Assembly: GCA_963843845.1 (NCBI GenBank)
Contig: CAWJMB010000002.1
Location: forward strand, 1,248,001-1,312,000
Length of the DNA: 64,000 nucleotides
Direction: 5' to 3'
Origin: an uncultured Gemmatimonadaceae bacterium
Lineage (GTDB): Bacteria > Gemmatimonadota > Gemmatimonadetes > Gemmatimonadales > Gemmatimonadaceae
A program made the translations under genes and the position numbers. Positions 51,056 to 61,239 of the stretch are shown here, one piece after another (the stretch's first letter is position 1; each line of letters begins with the position of its first letter). Below the pieces are notes generated by a model. It worked only from the letters and a program-made list of their open reading frames with translations. It had not been told where the DNA came from and did no database searches.

Positions 51056-53254
51056 TCACCCGAAGCCTAACGCGCGCCCGCCCTGGTAGACGAGCAGCGA
51101 CGCGCCATACGCGAGCGCCAGCATGTAGCCGAACTGGATCGCCGCCCATCGCCAGCCGAGTCGCCCGCCTCCGGTCTCGCGGACCGTCACGGCGATCGTG
51201 CTCATGCACATCAGCGCATAGACGTAGAACACCATGAGCGACAACGCGACGAGCGTCGTGTACACGGGCCGTCCGGTCGACGGATCCCGCTCGGCGCGCA
51301 GCTTGTCGGGGAGGGCGGTGGCACCGTTCTCGGTATTGCCCACGCCGTAGATCGTGCCCATCGTCGAGACGAACACCTCGCGCGCGGCGAACGACGCGCC
51401 GATCGACACGCCGAGCTTCCAGTCGAAGCCGAGCGGGCGGACGAGCGGCTCGATCGCGCGCCCGACGGTGCCTAACGCCGAGGCGGCGAGCGCCTGCTCC
51501 TGCTGCGCGTTCGGCGAGAGGCGCGGGTCCGGCGTCGTGCGCGGGTACGTCGCGAGCGCCCAGAGCACGACCGACAGCGCGAGGATCACCGTGCCCGCCT
51601 TCCGCAGGAACAGCTTCGCGCGCCCCGTCACCCCGATCAGCAGGTTCCGCGCGCTCGGCCACCGGTAGGCGGGGAGCTCGAGGATCATCGGGCGCATCGG
51701 GCCGCGGAGCAGCGTGCGCTTGAACAGCGCCGCGGCGCCGAGCGCGGTGACGGTGCCCAGCAGATACATCGCGAGCATCGTCAACCCCTGCAGGTTGAGG
51801 ATGCCCAGCACGGCGACCGACGGAACGAACGCGCCGATGAGCAGCGTGTACACCGGCAGCCGCGCCGAGCAGCTCATGAGCGGCACGACCATGATCGTCG
51901 CGAGCCGGTCGTCGCTGTTCTCGACCGTGCGCGCGGCCATGATGCCGGGGACCGCGCACGCGTAGCCGGAGAGCATCGGGATGAAGCTCTTTCCGTGCAA
52001 TCCGACGCGGCGCATCAGCGAGTCCATGAGATACGCGGCGCGCGCCATGTAGCCCGAGTCTTCGAGCAGCCCGATGAACAGGAAGAGCAGCGCGATCTGC
52101 GGCAGGAACACGAGCACACTCCCGACGCCCGCGATGACGCCGTCGACCACGAGGCTCCGCACATCGCCGTCGGGCAGCAGCGCGCCGACGCGCGACCCCG
52201 TCCAGCCGAGCGCTCCCTCGATCGCGTCCTGCGCCGGTGCCGCCCACGTGAAGATCGACTGAAAGACGATCGCCATCAGCGTCAGGAAGATCACCCACCC
52301 CCACACGCGGTGAAGCACGACCGCGTCGATCCGGTCGCTCGCCGTACGCGTCGTGCCGTCGCCCCGGTGGGTTCGCGTGACGACGCGCGCGAGCACGCCG
52401 GCAATCCACCCGTAGCGCAGCTCCGCCTCGACCTGCTCTGGCGCGATCCCCGCGCCGCGCATCGCGACGCGCGCGGTGCCTAACAGTCGGGCGAGCGACG
52501 GCACGCCGGCGACGTGACTCTCCGGCCGACTCACGCCGAGCAGCCGGAGCGCCTCCATCGCGGCGGGGCCGGGCGGGAAGCCCGCGTCCTCGAGCGCGCC
52601 GACGACCGGCGCGAGTGCGTCGGCGGCCGCCGGCGGCAGCGCGAAGCGGCGCTCCGGGAGCGGCAGCGCGGCGGCGCGCGCGATCGCGTGTTTCAGCCGA
52701 TCCACCCCCTCGCCGCGCTTCGCCACGGTCGGCACGACCGTCACACCGAGCTCGTGGATCAGCTCCGGGACGTCGATGCGGGTGCCGGCGCTCGTCGCCG
52801 CGTCGATCTGATTCAGCGCGACGACGAGCGGGCGTCCCAGCTCGAGCAGCTGGCTCGCGAGAAAGAGATTGCGCTCCAGGTGCTGCGCGTCGACGACGCA
52901 GACGATCACGTCGGGGAGCGGCACGTCGCGCCCGAGTCCGAGCAGCACTTCGAGCGCGACCGCCTCGTCGGGCGAGCCGGCCGAGAGCGAGTAGCTCCCG
53001 GGGAGGTCGAGTACCGACACGCGGCCGCCGTCGGGTGCGCGGTAGCTTCCCTCGTGCCGCTCCACGGTGACGCCGGCGAAGTTACCGACCTTCTGCCGCA
53101 GTCCGGTGAGCGCGTTGAACAGCGTGCTCTTGCCGGTGTTCGGATTCCCGACGAGCGCGACGCGCAGCGTGCCAGGCGTCGTCGCCGGAACTGCAGGGGT
53201 CGGGTCGGTCGCGCCCGAGCTCCGTGCCGCGCCCGCCGTCGGCGGGGAGGTCAC
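51056..53254 (-). CDS. feoB: ferrous iron transport protein B
   Basis: GNPNTGKSTLFNALTG, VGNFAGVTVE, DLPGSYS, EDSGYMARAA, PLMSCSARLPVY, AAREVFVST. Confidence 0.96.
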   Translation of the reverse strand: MTSPPTAGAARSSGATDPTPAVPATTPGTLRVALVGNPNTGKSTLFNALTGLRQKVGNFAGVTVERHEGSYRAPDGGRVSVLDLPGSYSLSAGSPDEAVALEVLLGLGRDVPLPDVIVCVVDAQHLERNLFLASQLLELGRPLVVALNQIDAATSAGTRIDVPELIHELGVTVVPTVAKRGEGVDRLKHAIARAAALPLPERRFALPPAAADALAPVVGALEDAGFPPGPAAMEALRLLGVSRPESHVAGVPSLARLLGTARVAMRGAGIAPEQVEAELRYGWIAGVLARVVTRTHRGDGTTRTASDRIDAVVLHRVWGWVIFLTLMAIVFQSIFTWAAPAQDAIEGALGWTGSRVGALLPDGDVRSLVVDGVIAGVGSVLVFLPQIALLFLFIGLLEDSGYMARAAYLMDSLMRRVGLHGKSFIPMLSGYACAVPGIMAARTVENSDDRLATIMVVPLMSCSARLPVYTLLIGAFVPSVAVLGILNLQGLTMLAMYLLGTVTALGAAALFKRTLLRGPMRPMILELPAYRWPSARNLLIGVTGRAKLFLRKAGTVILALSVVLWALATYPRTTPDPRLSPNAQQEQALAASALGTVGRAIEPLVRPLGFDWKLGVSIGASFAAREVFVSTMGTIYGVGNTENGATALPDKLRAERDPSTGRPVYTTLVALSLMVFYVYALMCMSTIAVTVRETGGGRLGWRWAAIQFGYMLALAYGASLLVYQGGRALGFG

Positions 53255-53256
53255 GC

Positions 53257-53616
53257 TCAGGCGCTCGCGGCGGCGCTGGTCGGGGCGACCGTCAGGGCGG
53301 CCAGCGGACGGACGGTGATCCCCGCCGTGAGCGCGCGGCCGAGGGCGATACGGGTCCCGCGGACGTCGAGGAGCATGGCGTGGCGCGACTCGACGACCGA
53401 CACGCACGCCCCTTCGCAGACGCCGAGCGCGCGAAGGCGGCAGGCCTGGGTGTCGTCGCACGCCATGCCGATCACTGTCGCGCGAGCGCCGGGCTGACAC
53501 GCGGCCAGTGCGCAATCGCTGGCGCCGACAGCAGCCACCGATGGCAGTGCGGTGGGCGCGGCGAGCACGGCCAACTGCCGGGAGGCGGTGGACTTGGGAC
53601 GAAAGAAGCTGAGCAC
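53257..53616 (-). CDS. feoA: ferrous iron transport protein A
   Basis: RLRALGVCEG...LDVRGTRIALGRALTAGITV; upstream of feoB. Confidence 0.85.
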   Translation of the reverse strand: MLSFFRPKSTASRQLAVLAAPTALPSVAAVGASDCALAACQPGARATVIGMACDDTQACRLRALGVCEGACVSVVESRHAMLLDVRGTRIALGRALTAGITVRPLAALTVAPTSAAASA

Positions 53617-53652
53617 GGTCAGGGGCTGGCGGGCGACACGTTCGTGCGTCGC

Positions 53653-53681
53653 AATCTGAGCGGCGTGGCGAATCTCGTCAA
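53653..53681 (-). promoter_or_regulatory. candidate sigma70 promoter of feoAB
   Basis: minus strand TTGACG-N17-CAGATT. Confidence 0.35.
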
Positions 53682-53730
53682 CGGCATTCGGGATTCCAAC
53701 ACCGAAGTCCTGCTGCGCCCCGATCGCGGC

Positions 53731-54573
53731 TCAGGCCGCCGCGAGCGGTCGGGCCGCGGGTCGCGCGCCCCGCAGCGCGATCATGATCGCGACCCCCACC
53801 GCAAAGACTGCGATCGCAACGACTTGCGCCGTCGACACGAGGCCGAGCACGCGGTCGTCCTTGGCGCGGACGATCTCGACGAGGAAGCGCTCGACGCCCG
53901 CGAGCACGCAGTACGCCCCGAACAGCCACCCCTCGCGATGGCGATGACCACGCATGCGCCACAGGATCGCGAACATCACGACCCCCATCGCCGTCTCGTA
54001 GAGCTGCGTCGGGTGCACGGAGACGAGCTGCCAGGGCGGCGTCCCCGGCGGCAGCGTGGCGTGAAACTGTCGCTCAAGTGTCTCGGCGGTCGTCGGCGGG
54101 GCGCCGTTGGGGAAGATGACCGACAGCCAGCCGGTCCACGGACGGCCATAGTCGTCGCCGACCGCCCAGCATCCGGTTCGCCCGACGGCGTAGCCGGCCG
54201 CGATCGCGATCCCGGCGACGTCGGCGAAACGCAGGAAGCTCATCCCTTTCCGCCGGATCGTGATCCAGCAGAACAGCACGGCGCCGACGAATCCCCCCCA
54301 GAACACGAAGCCACTCCGGCTCCACAGCGAGCTGATGTCGCCGTTGAGGATGACGTGATACAGCTTCGCCCCGACGAGCGTGCCGAGGAGCGCGGCCGTC
54401 GTCACGTCCGGCGCGCCGTCGGCCTCGACGGTGTGGCCGCGGAACGCGAGCTCGCGCTGCAACACGATGTTCGCGATGCCGAACGCCATGAGGACCGCGA
54501 TGCCGAAGCCGGTGATCTGGAGCGGGCCGAGGTTGAAGGCGAACGGCTCGATCGTGTAGGGAGCGGAGAGCAC
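53731..54573 (-). CDS. lgt: prolipoprotein diacylglyceryl transferase
   Basis: VGAKLYHV, GFVFWGG, GRTGCWAVGDDYGRP, VHPTQLYE, RFLVEIVR. Confidence 0.92.
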   Translation of the reverse strand: MLSAPYTIEPFAFNLGPLQITGFGIAVLMAFGIANIVLQRELAFRGHTVEADGAPDVTTAALLGTLVGAKLYHVILNGDISSLWSRSGFVFWGGFVGAVLFCWITIRRKGMSFLRFADVAGIAIAAGYAVGRTGCWAVGDDYGRPWTGWLSVIFPNGAPPTTAETLERQFHATLPPGTPPWQLVSVHPTQLYETAMGVVMFAILWRMRGHRHREGWLFGAYCVLAGVERFLVEIVRAKDDRVLGLVSTAQVVAIAVFAVGVAIMIALRGARPAARPLAAA

Positions 54574-54583
54574 GGTGAACGGC

Positions 54584-54615
54584 CGGGGATCGGGGATCGG
54601 GAGTCGGGGATCGGG
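54584..54615 (+). repeat. intergenic heptamer tandem repeat (CGGGGAT, about 4 copies)
   Basis: cggggat cggggat cgggagt cggggat cggg immediately upstream of lgt. Confidence 0.8.
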
Positions 54616-54650
54616 CGCTGCAACTTACACTGCGCGGAACCGGAGATCGG

Positions 54651-55739
54651 TCAGTCGCCCGATCCCCGAACCTCGATCCCCGGCAGCGGTCGTGCTGCAT
54701 ACGCGTTGAGCGCCCACGTCGACCGCTCGCCTCGCGCGAGCCGCCATGCGCCGGCGGCCGCGATCATCGCTGCGTTGTCGGTCGCGAGCCTCGGCGTCGG
54801 CGCGTAGACGGTCACCCCCCGCGGTTCGACGCGGGCGCGCATGGCGTCGGCGAGGGCGCGGTTGCAGGCGACGCCGCCGCCGAACACGATGCGCGTGCGC
54901 GCGTGGGCGCGCGCCGCTCGATCGGCCTTCTCGACGAGGGTGTCCACGAGCGCGTCCTGGAAGCCGCGGGCAAGGTGCGGGCGCGCGGCGTCGATGGTGC
55001 CGTCGGCTTCGGCCTTCCGTACGGCGTGCAGCAGCGCCGTCTTCAGTCCGCTGAACGAGACGTCGAAGTAATCGGGGTCACCGAGCGCCTGGTTCGCCCG
55101 CACCATCGGGCGGGCGAAGCGGTAGCGTCCCGGGTCGCCGTCGCGGGCGAGCTGCTCGATGACGCGGCCGCCGGGGTAAGGAAGGCCCATGAGCTTCGCG
55201 ACCTTGTCGAACGCCTCGCCGGCCGCGTCGTCGCGCGTCGCGCCGAGCAGGCGATAGCTCCCCCACGCCTCGACGTCGAGTAGCAGCGTGTGGCCGCCGG
55301 AGACGAGCAGCGCGGTGAACGGCGGGGTGGCGTCCGGGTGCTCGAGCGCCGTCGCGAACAGGTGTCCTTCCATGTGGTGCACGCCCAGCACCGGCACGCT
55401 GCCGGCGTACGCGAGCGCCTTGCCGTAGCTCATCCCGACGAGGAGCGCGCCGACGAGCCCGGGTGCGTGGGTGACGGCGACCGCGTCGATGGGCTGGAGC
55501 GGCGCGCTCGCGCCGAGGGTGTTGAACGCGCAGCCCGCGTCGTCGAGCGCGCGCCGCGTCACCGGGACGACGCTCGTGACGTGCGCGCGGCTCGCGATCT
55601 CGGGCACCACGCCGCCGAACAGGCGGTGCACGTCCTGCGACAGAATGACGAGCGACCGCGTCGTGAACCGCTCGCCGTCGTACTCCACGACCGCCGCCGA
55701 CGTCTCGTCGCACGACGTCTCGATGCCTAACACGCGCAC
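54651..55739 (-). CDS. tsaD: tRNA N6-adenosine threonylcarbamoyltransferase
   Basis: VLGIETSCDETSAA, GGVVPEIASRAH, HHMEGH, DDAAGEAFDKVA, SFSGLKT, TDNAAMIA. Confidence 0.96.
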   Translation of the reverse strand: MRVLGIETSCDETSAAVVEYDGERFTTRSLVILSQDVHRLFGGVVPEIASRAHVTSVVPVTRRALDDAGCAFNTLGASAPLQPIDAVAVTHAPGLVGALLVGMSYGKALAYAGSVPVLGVHHMEGHLFATALEHPDATPPFTALLVSGGHTLLLDVEAWGSYRLLGATRDDAAGEAFDKVAKLMGLPYPGGRVIEQLARDGDPGRYRFARPMVRANQALGDPDYFDVSFSGLKTALLHAVRKAEADGTIDAARPHLARGFQDALVDTLVEKADRAARAHARTRIVFGGGVACNRALADAMRARVEPRGVTVYAPTPRLATDNAAMIAAAGAWRLARGERSTWALNAYAARPLPGIEVRGSGD

Positions 55740-55745
55740 GGGTGC

Positions 55746-55928
55746 CTAACGAATCCGGGTGACGAGCTCGACGAGGCGCTGCGCGAGCGGCCCGTTCGGC
55801 GCGCGGACGCGTCCGGCCTCGACGTGCGCGGCGAGCCAGAGCACGAGCGCGAGGAAGAGCGCCGTCGCCTTGTAGCCGAGCCGCGCGGTGCAGATCGCGA
55901 CCACGCGTCGCCCCCACGACGCCCCCAC
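55746..55928 (-). CDS. small hypothetical membrane protein (60 aa)
   Basis: fills the gap between the TlpA-family gene and tsaD; TM RLGYKATALFLALVLWLAAH. Confidence 0.5.
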   Translation of the reverse strand: MGASWGRRVVAICTARLGYKATALFLALVLWLAAHVEAGRVRAPNGPLAQRLVELVTRIR

Positions 55929-56507
55929 TTACCGCCGCGCTCCGCTCGGCGGTGCACCCGCCTCGTCGAGCAGTCGGGCGACGAGCGCACGGTTCGCCTC
56001 CGAGCTCCAGTCCTGCGCATACGCTTTCTTCCGGATCGTGCCGTCGGCCCCGATGAGGAAGTTCTCCGGAACGCCGGTCGTCTGGTACGTCTGCTGGATC
56101 GTGCCGGCCGCGTCCTGCAACACGTCGAACGTGAGACCGAACTCGCGCACGAAGTCGCGGACCTTCTGCGTGCTGCCGGCCTCGTCGACGCTCACGGCGA
56201 CGATCTTGAAGCCGCGCGCCGCGTAGTCGTCGTACAGCGCCTGCATGCTCGGCATCTCCTGGCGGCACGGGCCGCACCACGTCGCCCAGATGTTGAGCAG
56301 CACGACCTGCCCGCGGTAGTCGGCGAGCGAGCGCGTCGGCGCGGCCGGCGTCACGTTCGCGACCGTCGATGCCGCGAAGGGTGGTGCCTTCCCGCCGACC
56401 GTGACGTGGAACAGCTCGTCGCGCAGGAAGTAGCTCGCCCCGCCCAACACCGCGGCGAGCGCGACGACGACGCCGAGCACGGTGAGCCACTGGCCGCGCG
56501 CGGTCAT
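55929..56507 (-). CDS. TlpA/ResA family thiol:disulfide oxidoreductase
   Basis: N-terminal TM, LNIWATWCGPCRQEMP, GVPENFLIGADG. Confidence 0.9.
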   Translation of the reverse strand: MTARGQWLTVLGVVVALAAVLGGASYFLRDELFHVTVGGKAPPFAASTVANVTPAAPTRSLADYRGQVVLLNIWATWCGPCRQEMPSMQALYDDYAARGFKIVAVSVDEAGSTQKVRDFVREFGLTFDVLQDAAGTIQQTYQTTGVPENFLIGADGTIRKKAYAQDWSSEANRALVARLLDEAGAPPSGARR

Positions 56508-57169
56508 GCCGTCTCCGCGCACTGCGCCCGGAGCGCCCCGATCTCACCGCGCGGGTCGGCGGCGCTGAACACGGCGTTTCCCGCGACGAACGTGTCCGCG
56601 CCGGCGCGCCAGCAACGCGCGATCGTCTCGCGGTTCACGCCGCCGTCGACTTCGAGCCACGCGGCCGAGCGCGTGGCGGTGAGCAACGCGCGCGTGCGCG
56701 CGATCTTGCCGACCGTGTACTCCAGGAATCGCTGCGCGCCGAACCCCGGATTCACCGTCATCACGAGGACGAGGTCGAGCGCGTGCGCGATCTCTTCGAT
56801 CGCGGCGAGCGGCGTCGCCGGATTGAGCGCGACCCCGGCGCGCAACCCGAGCTCCTTGATGCGCGTGACCTGGCGGTCGAGGTGCGGCGCGGCCTCGGCG
56901 TGGATCGTGAGCCCGCTCGCGCCGGCCGCAGCGAAGTCGTCGAAATACTGCTCGGGCTCGACGACCATGAGGTGCACGTCGATCGGCAGCGAGGTCGAGC
57001 GGCGCACGGCCTCGATCACCTTCGCGCCGAAGGTGAGGTTCGGCACGAAGCGGCCGTCCATGACGTCGACGTGCACGACGTCGGCGCCACCGGCCTCGCA
57101 CATCGCGACCTCGTCGCCGAGTCGCGCGAAGTCCGCGCTGAGGATGGAAGGGGCGATACGGGCGGTCAT
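56504..57169 (-). CDS. rpe: ribulose-phosphate 3-epimerase
   Basis: IAPSILSADF, HVDVMDGRFVPNLTFG, DVHLMV, MTVNPGFG, EVDGGV. Confidence 0.96.
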   Translation of the reverse strand: MTARIAPSILSADFARLGDEVAMCEAGGADVVHVDVMDGRFVPNLTFGAKVIEAVRRSTSLPIDVHLMVVEPEQYFDDFAAAGASGLTIHAEAAPHLDRQVTRIKELGLRAGVALNPATPLAAIEEIAHALDLVLVMTVNPGFGAQRFLEYTVGKIARTRALLTATRSAAWLEVDGGVNRETIARCWRAGADTFVAGNAVFSAADPRGEIGALRAQCAETA

Positions 57170-57183
57170 TCGGGTCCGGGATC

Positions 57184-57585
57184 CTAGGGCGCGCGTGCGA
57201 CGTCGAGCGTGACGATCGTTCCGGCGGGCTTCATCGTCGTCGCGGGTGGCGACTGCAGCACGACCGTCTCCGGCGGTACCGACGCGTTGACCCGCGTGTT
57301 CCCCGTCTGCGAGCGAAAGCCGGCGGTGCGCAGCGCCCGCTCCGCGTCCACCTGCAGCATGCCCACCACGTTCGGGACCGCGCGGTCGTTCGTCACGAGG
57401 CGCGACGGAAACACGAACAGGTAGACGACGAGATAGGCGATCACGAAGCCGGCGCCGCTGACGAGCACGTACGGCAGCACTCGCCGCGCGCGCGTGCGCC
57501 ACGCCGGACGCAGACCGCCGCGCGTGGTGGCCGGGCGCGTGCGAGGCGGCTGCGGAGGCGGCGGTGGAGGAACGCTCGGCGTCAT
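57184..57585 (-). CDS. membrane-anchored PASTA domain protein
   Basis: TM then VPNVVGM...AERALRTAGF...VVLQSPPA. Confidence 0.85.
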   Translation of the reverse strand: MTPSVPPPPPPQPPRTRPATTRGGLRPAWRTRARRVLPYVLVSGAGFVIAYLVVYLFVFPSRLVTNDRAVPNVVGMLQVDAERALRTAGFRSQTGNTRVNASVPPETVVLQSPPATTMKPAGTIVTLDVARAP

Positions 57586-57651
57586 CGCGGAATCGTCAGG
57601 CGACCGTGAGGCGACTGTGAGGCAGGCGTCGTGAGTCCGCGGTCGCGGCCG

Positions 57652-59010
57652 TCAGGCGGCTCGCCGCAGTCGCACGGCGAACGCACCGTCGACACCGTGG
57701 GCGTGCGGCAGCACACGGAGCCGCTCGCCGTCGAGCGCCGCGGCGGGCACCGCCCCCTCGGGCGGCGCCTCGGTGCGGAAGTCGGGGTGGTGCGCGAGGA
57801 AGCTGTCGACCTGCACGTCGTTCTCTTCGGGCTCGAGTGAACAGGTGCTGTAGAGCAGCATGCCGCCGGGCCGCACGATCGTGGCCGCGGCGCGCAGGAT
57901 GTCGCGCTGCAGCGCCGCCATCACGGCGAGGTCCGAGACGCGGAGGCGCCACCGCGCGTCGGGGTGCCGCCGGAACGTTCCCGTCCCCGTGCACGGCGCG
58001 TCGACGAGTACGAGGTCGACCGGCCGCGTCGCCGGCACGCGCGCGTCGGCGGCATGAAGGTACACGTTCGGCGCGTTGACGCGCTGCACGTTCGCCGCGA
58101 CCCGCCGCAGCCGTGCGGGCGACAGATCGGAGGCGAACACGTGGCGCGCCGCACGGGACAGCTCGAGCGCCTTGCCGCCGGGCGCCGCGCACACGTCCGC
58201 GACGTCGTCGCCCGGCCCCGGCGCCGCGTAGTGGGCGACCAGCGTCGACGCGGGATCCTGTACGAAGAACTGTCCCTGCCGGAACGCGCCTAACGCCGTG
58301 AGTTGCGTGCCTGGCGCGAGCTGGATGCTGTCGCGCGACCACAGCGCGTCGGGCGCCGGCTCCCGCACGCCGACGCCAGCCTCGTGCAGCGCCGCCGCGA
58401 GCGACTCGTGACTCGTGCCGTACGGCCGCACGACGATCGGCGCCTCGCCGTTGTTCGCGACGAGCAGCCGTTCCGTCGACTCGGCGCCGTAGCGGTCGAG
58501 CCACCGCGCGACGAGCCACCGCGGATGCGAGTGTCGTTGCGCGAGCGCGTCGATCGGGTCGGCCGGTGGTGCAGGCGTCAGCGCGTCGTCGCCCGACTCC
58601 TGCCGGTCGCGGTCGATGCGCCGCAGCACGGCGTTCGCGAGCCGGCTCGCGCCGATGCCGTGCCGCTGCTTCGCCAGCTCGACCGTCTGCCCGATCGCCG
58701 CGTACGGCGGCACGCTCCCCATCCGCAGCAGCTGATAGACGCCGAGGCGGAGAAGGTCGGTGACGTCGCCGTCGAGGCGCGCGAGGCCGCCCCGGACGCG
58801 GTCGGTGAGGAGCGCATCGATCCACGCGCGGCGGCGCAGCATGCCCCAGAGCAGCTCTTGCAGCCACCGCCGGTCGCGCGCGTCGAGTCCGGCCGACCGG
58901 CGCTCGAACACCGGGTCGAGCAGCGCGCCGCCGCGGAGGTCCGCGAGGACGTCGGCCGCGACGATCCGCGGAAGGGTGACCGACGAGGGTGACAAGGTGC
59001 GGGGCGACAT
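57652..59010 (-). CDS. rsmB: 16S rRNA m5C967 methyltransferase
   Basis: NusB-like N-domain (LRLGVYQL, NAVLRR), SHPRWL, VQDPAS, DVCAAPGGK, VDAPCTGTG, YSTCSLEPEEN. Confidence 0.94.
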   Translation of the reverse strand: MSPRTLSPSSVTLPRIVAADVLADLRGGALLDPVFERRSAGLDARDRRWLQELLWGMLRRRAWIDALLTDRVRGGLARLDGDVTDLLRLGVYQLLRMGSVPPYAAIGQTVELAKQRHGIGASRLANAVLRRIDRDRQESGDDALTPAPPADPIDALAQRHSHPRWLVARWLDRYGAESTERLLVANNGEAPIVVRPYGTSHESLAAALHEAGVGVREPAPDALWSRDSIQLAPGTQLTALGAFRQGQFFVQDPASTLVAHYAAPGPGDDVADVCAAPGGKALELSRAARHVFASDLSPARLRRVAANVQRVNAPNVYLHAADARVPATRPVDLVLVDAPCTGTGTFRRHPDARWRLRVSDLAVMAALQRDILRAAATIVRPGGMLLYSTCSLEPEENDVQVDSFLAHHPDFRTEAPPEGAVPAAALDGERLRVLPHAHGVDGAFAVRLRRAA

Positions 59011-59214
59011 GACTCCAAACTAGCGACTCGCTCCGGCGCGGTTGACGGCGGGGCTCACGAGTCGACGGCGGCGCCCGGACGCTGTGCTGGATGGGCGACG
59101 GCGCGCCGTACGCGTCCCGCGTCCGCCGGCGCGCGCCGCCGTCGCCGTTCCGTTCCGCCGGTCCATCCCCGTCCCGTCACTCTGCGCCCCGCCGTCGAAC
59201 GGGGGCGCCGCCGT

Positions 59215-60181
59215 TCAGCCGTTCGTCTCGCCGTCACCTGCCTGAGCGAACAGCTCGCCGAGCTCGAGTCCTCGCCCGCGCGCCAGCTCGCCCGCCGTCA
59301 ACCGCCCCCGTCCCGCCGGCTGGACGTACGCGACTCGGACCGCGTCCTCCCCACACTTCACCGTGACGTCGGTCCCTAACGCGATCACCTCGCCGGGCGT
59401 CGCGTCGCCGCGCTCCTCCGCCGGCACCGCGCGCGCGCCGAACAGCTTCACGTCGCCGCCGCGCAGCGTCGACGAAGGCGCCGGGCGCGCGGATCGTAGG
59501 CGCGGATCGCGCGCGCGACGTCCTCGGCGGGGCGCGTCCAGTCGACGCGGGCGTGCGCGCGCTCCGTCTTCGGCGCGTAGGTCGCGCGCGCATCGTCCTG
59601 CGGAACGTCCGCCGCCGCGCCGCGCTCGATCAGCGCCAGCGCCTCGATCAGCGCGAGCGCGCCGAGCTCGGAGAGGCGCAGTCGCAGCTCGCCGTACGTC
59701 TCGTCGTCGGCGATCGGCGTGCGCAGCGTGTGGAGCATCGGCCCGGCGTCGAGCGCCGGCACCATCGCATGATCGTCACGCCCGTCTCCGCGAGCCCTCG
59801 CGGATCGCGGCCTGGATCGGGTCGGCGCCGCGCAGCGCGGGGAGCAGCGACGCATGGATGTTGAGCGTGCCGAGCGGCGGCAGGTCGATGACCGCCTTCG
59901 GGAGGATGTGGCCGTACGCGACGACGACCGAGAGGTCGGGCGCGAGCGCGCGCACCTCGGCCATCGAACGCCTCGCCGCGCGGCTTCTCCGGCTGCAGCA
60001 CGGGGAGCCCTTCGCTCGAGCGCGACGCGCCTTCACCGGCGACGGGTCGAGCTGCGAGCGCGCTGCGCCCGCGCGGCTTGTCGGGCTGCGTCACGACGCC
60101 GACGACGTCGAACCCTTCGCCGAGCAGCGCGCGCAGCGGCGGCGTCGCGAAGTCGGGCGTGCCCCAGAAGAGGATGCGCAT
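59215..60181 (-). CDS. fmt: methionyl-tRNA formyltransferase (frameshifted)
   Basis: [56 protein letters not shown]. Confidence 0.9.
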
Positions 60182-60184
60182 GTC

Positions 60185-60792
60185 CTAGGGCCGAGTCCAG
60201 GATCCGTCGGCTCGGCGCGGTGCGTCGTAGGCTCGTCGTCGGCTGCCTGGCCAGCTCGTCGCCTCGACCGTCATGTCGCGCCGGAGCGCCGGGTACTTCG
60301 TCCTGCTCCTGCTCCCACTTCGCGAGCGCCGAGCGCTGCTTAGCACGCTCAGGTAGTCGAGGAAGAGCCGGCCGTGCAGGTGGTCGATCTCGTGCTGCAG
60401 GCAGCGCGCGAGCAGCTCCGTCGCGCGCGACCTCGAGCGGCGGTGCCGTCGACGTCCATGCGCGCGCATGGTGACGTCGCGCGGGCGCGCTCGACGTCGC
60501 CGTAGATCTCGGGGATCGACAGGCAGCCCTCCTCGGCCTTCACCGGCTTCCCGCGCCGTCGTCACGATCTCGGGATTGAAGATCGCGATGCGGTCGTCGC
60601 TCCACCTCGGCGACGAACAGCCGCTCGACGCGGCCGACCTGCGGCGCGGCGAGGCCGATGCCCTTCGCAGCGTGCATCGTCTCGAACATGTCGTCGACGA
60701 GGCGGCGCAGCTCGTCGGTGACGCCGTCGACGGCGCTTCGTCTCCTGACGGAGGATCGGCGCGCCGAGGACGTGGATGTCGAGCAGCGACAT
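60185..60792 (-). CDS. def: peptide deformylase (frameshifted; end approximate)
   Basis: [37 protein letters not shown]. Confidence 0.9.
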
Positions 60793-60797
60793 CGCGG

Positions 60798-61139
60798 TCA
60801 GCCGTTCGCGGCCGGCGCGGCGCTCGCTGCGCGCCGACGCGCTGGCGACGCTCGTGATGCGGCCGCGCTCGACGATCAGCCGCGACTCGCCGGACTTGAT
60901 CGTGATGCGGTCGGTCATCGCCCGCGCGTGCCGGCACGTCTCCTCCTGAATGTGAACGACCTCGCCCGACGATGCCGCCGGCGGTCACGACCTCGTCGCC
61001 GCGCTTCAGCAGCGCGATCAGCGCCTCGTGCTGCTTCCGCTGCTGCTGCCTGCGGACGGAACAGGATGAAGTAGAAGATCGCCGCGATCGCGACGTACAT
61101 GAACAGCGTGGGCGCCCAGTTGGCGACGTTTCCCTGCAT
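60798..61139 (-). CDS. yajC: preprotein translocase subunit YajC (frameshifted; start approximate)
   Basis: IFYFILFRPQ, QQRKQH, LKRGDEVVTAGGIVG; located between tgt and def. Confidence 0.85.
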
Positions 61140-61239
61140 GACAGTCTCTCGAACGGAATGGAAGTCGTCGGCCGCGCGGCGCCGTCAGCCGTCGCGCCCG
61201 TGCGGCAGGTGTGGCACGTGTGGAAGCACCGGACGCGCG

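Noticed and set aside
51065..55750. GTTAGG/CCTAAC as DtxR/IdeR iron boxes near feoAB
   Set aside because: Only isolated half-sites, mostly inside coding sequence and equally present in unrelated genes; no 19-bp palindrome upstream of feoA
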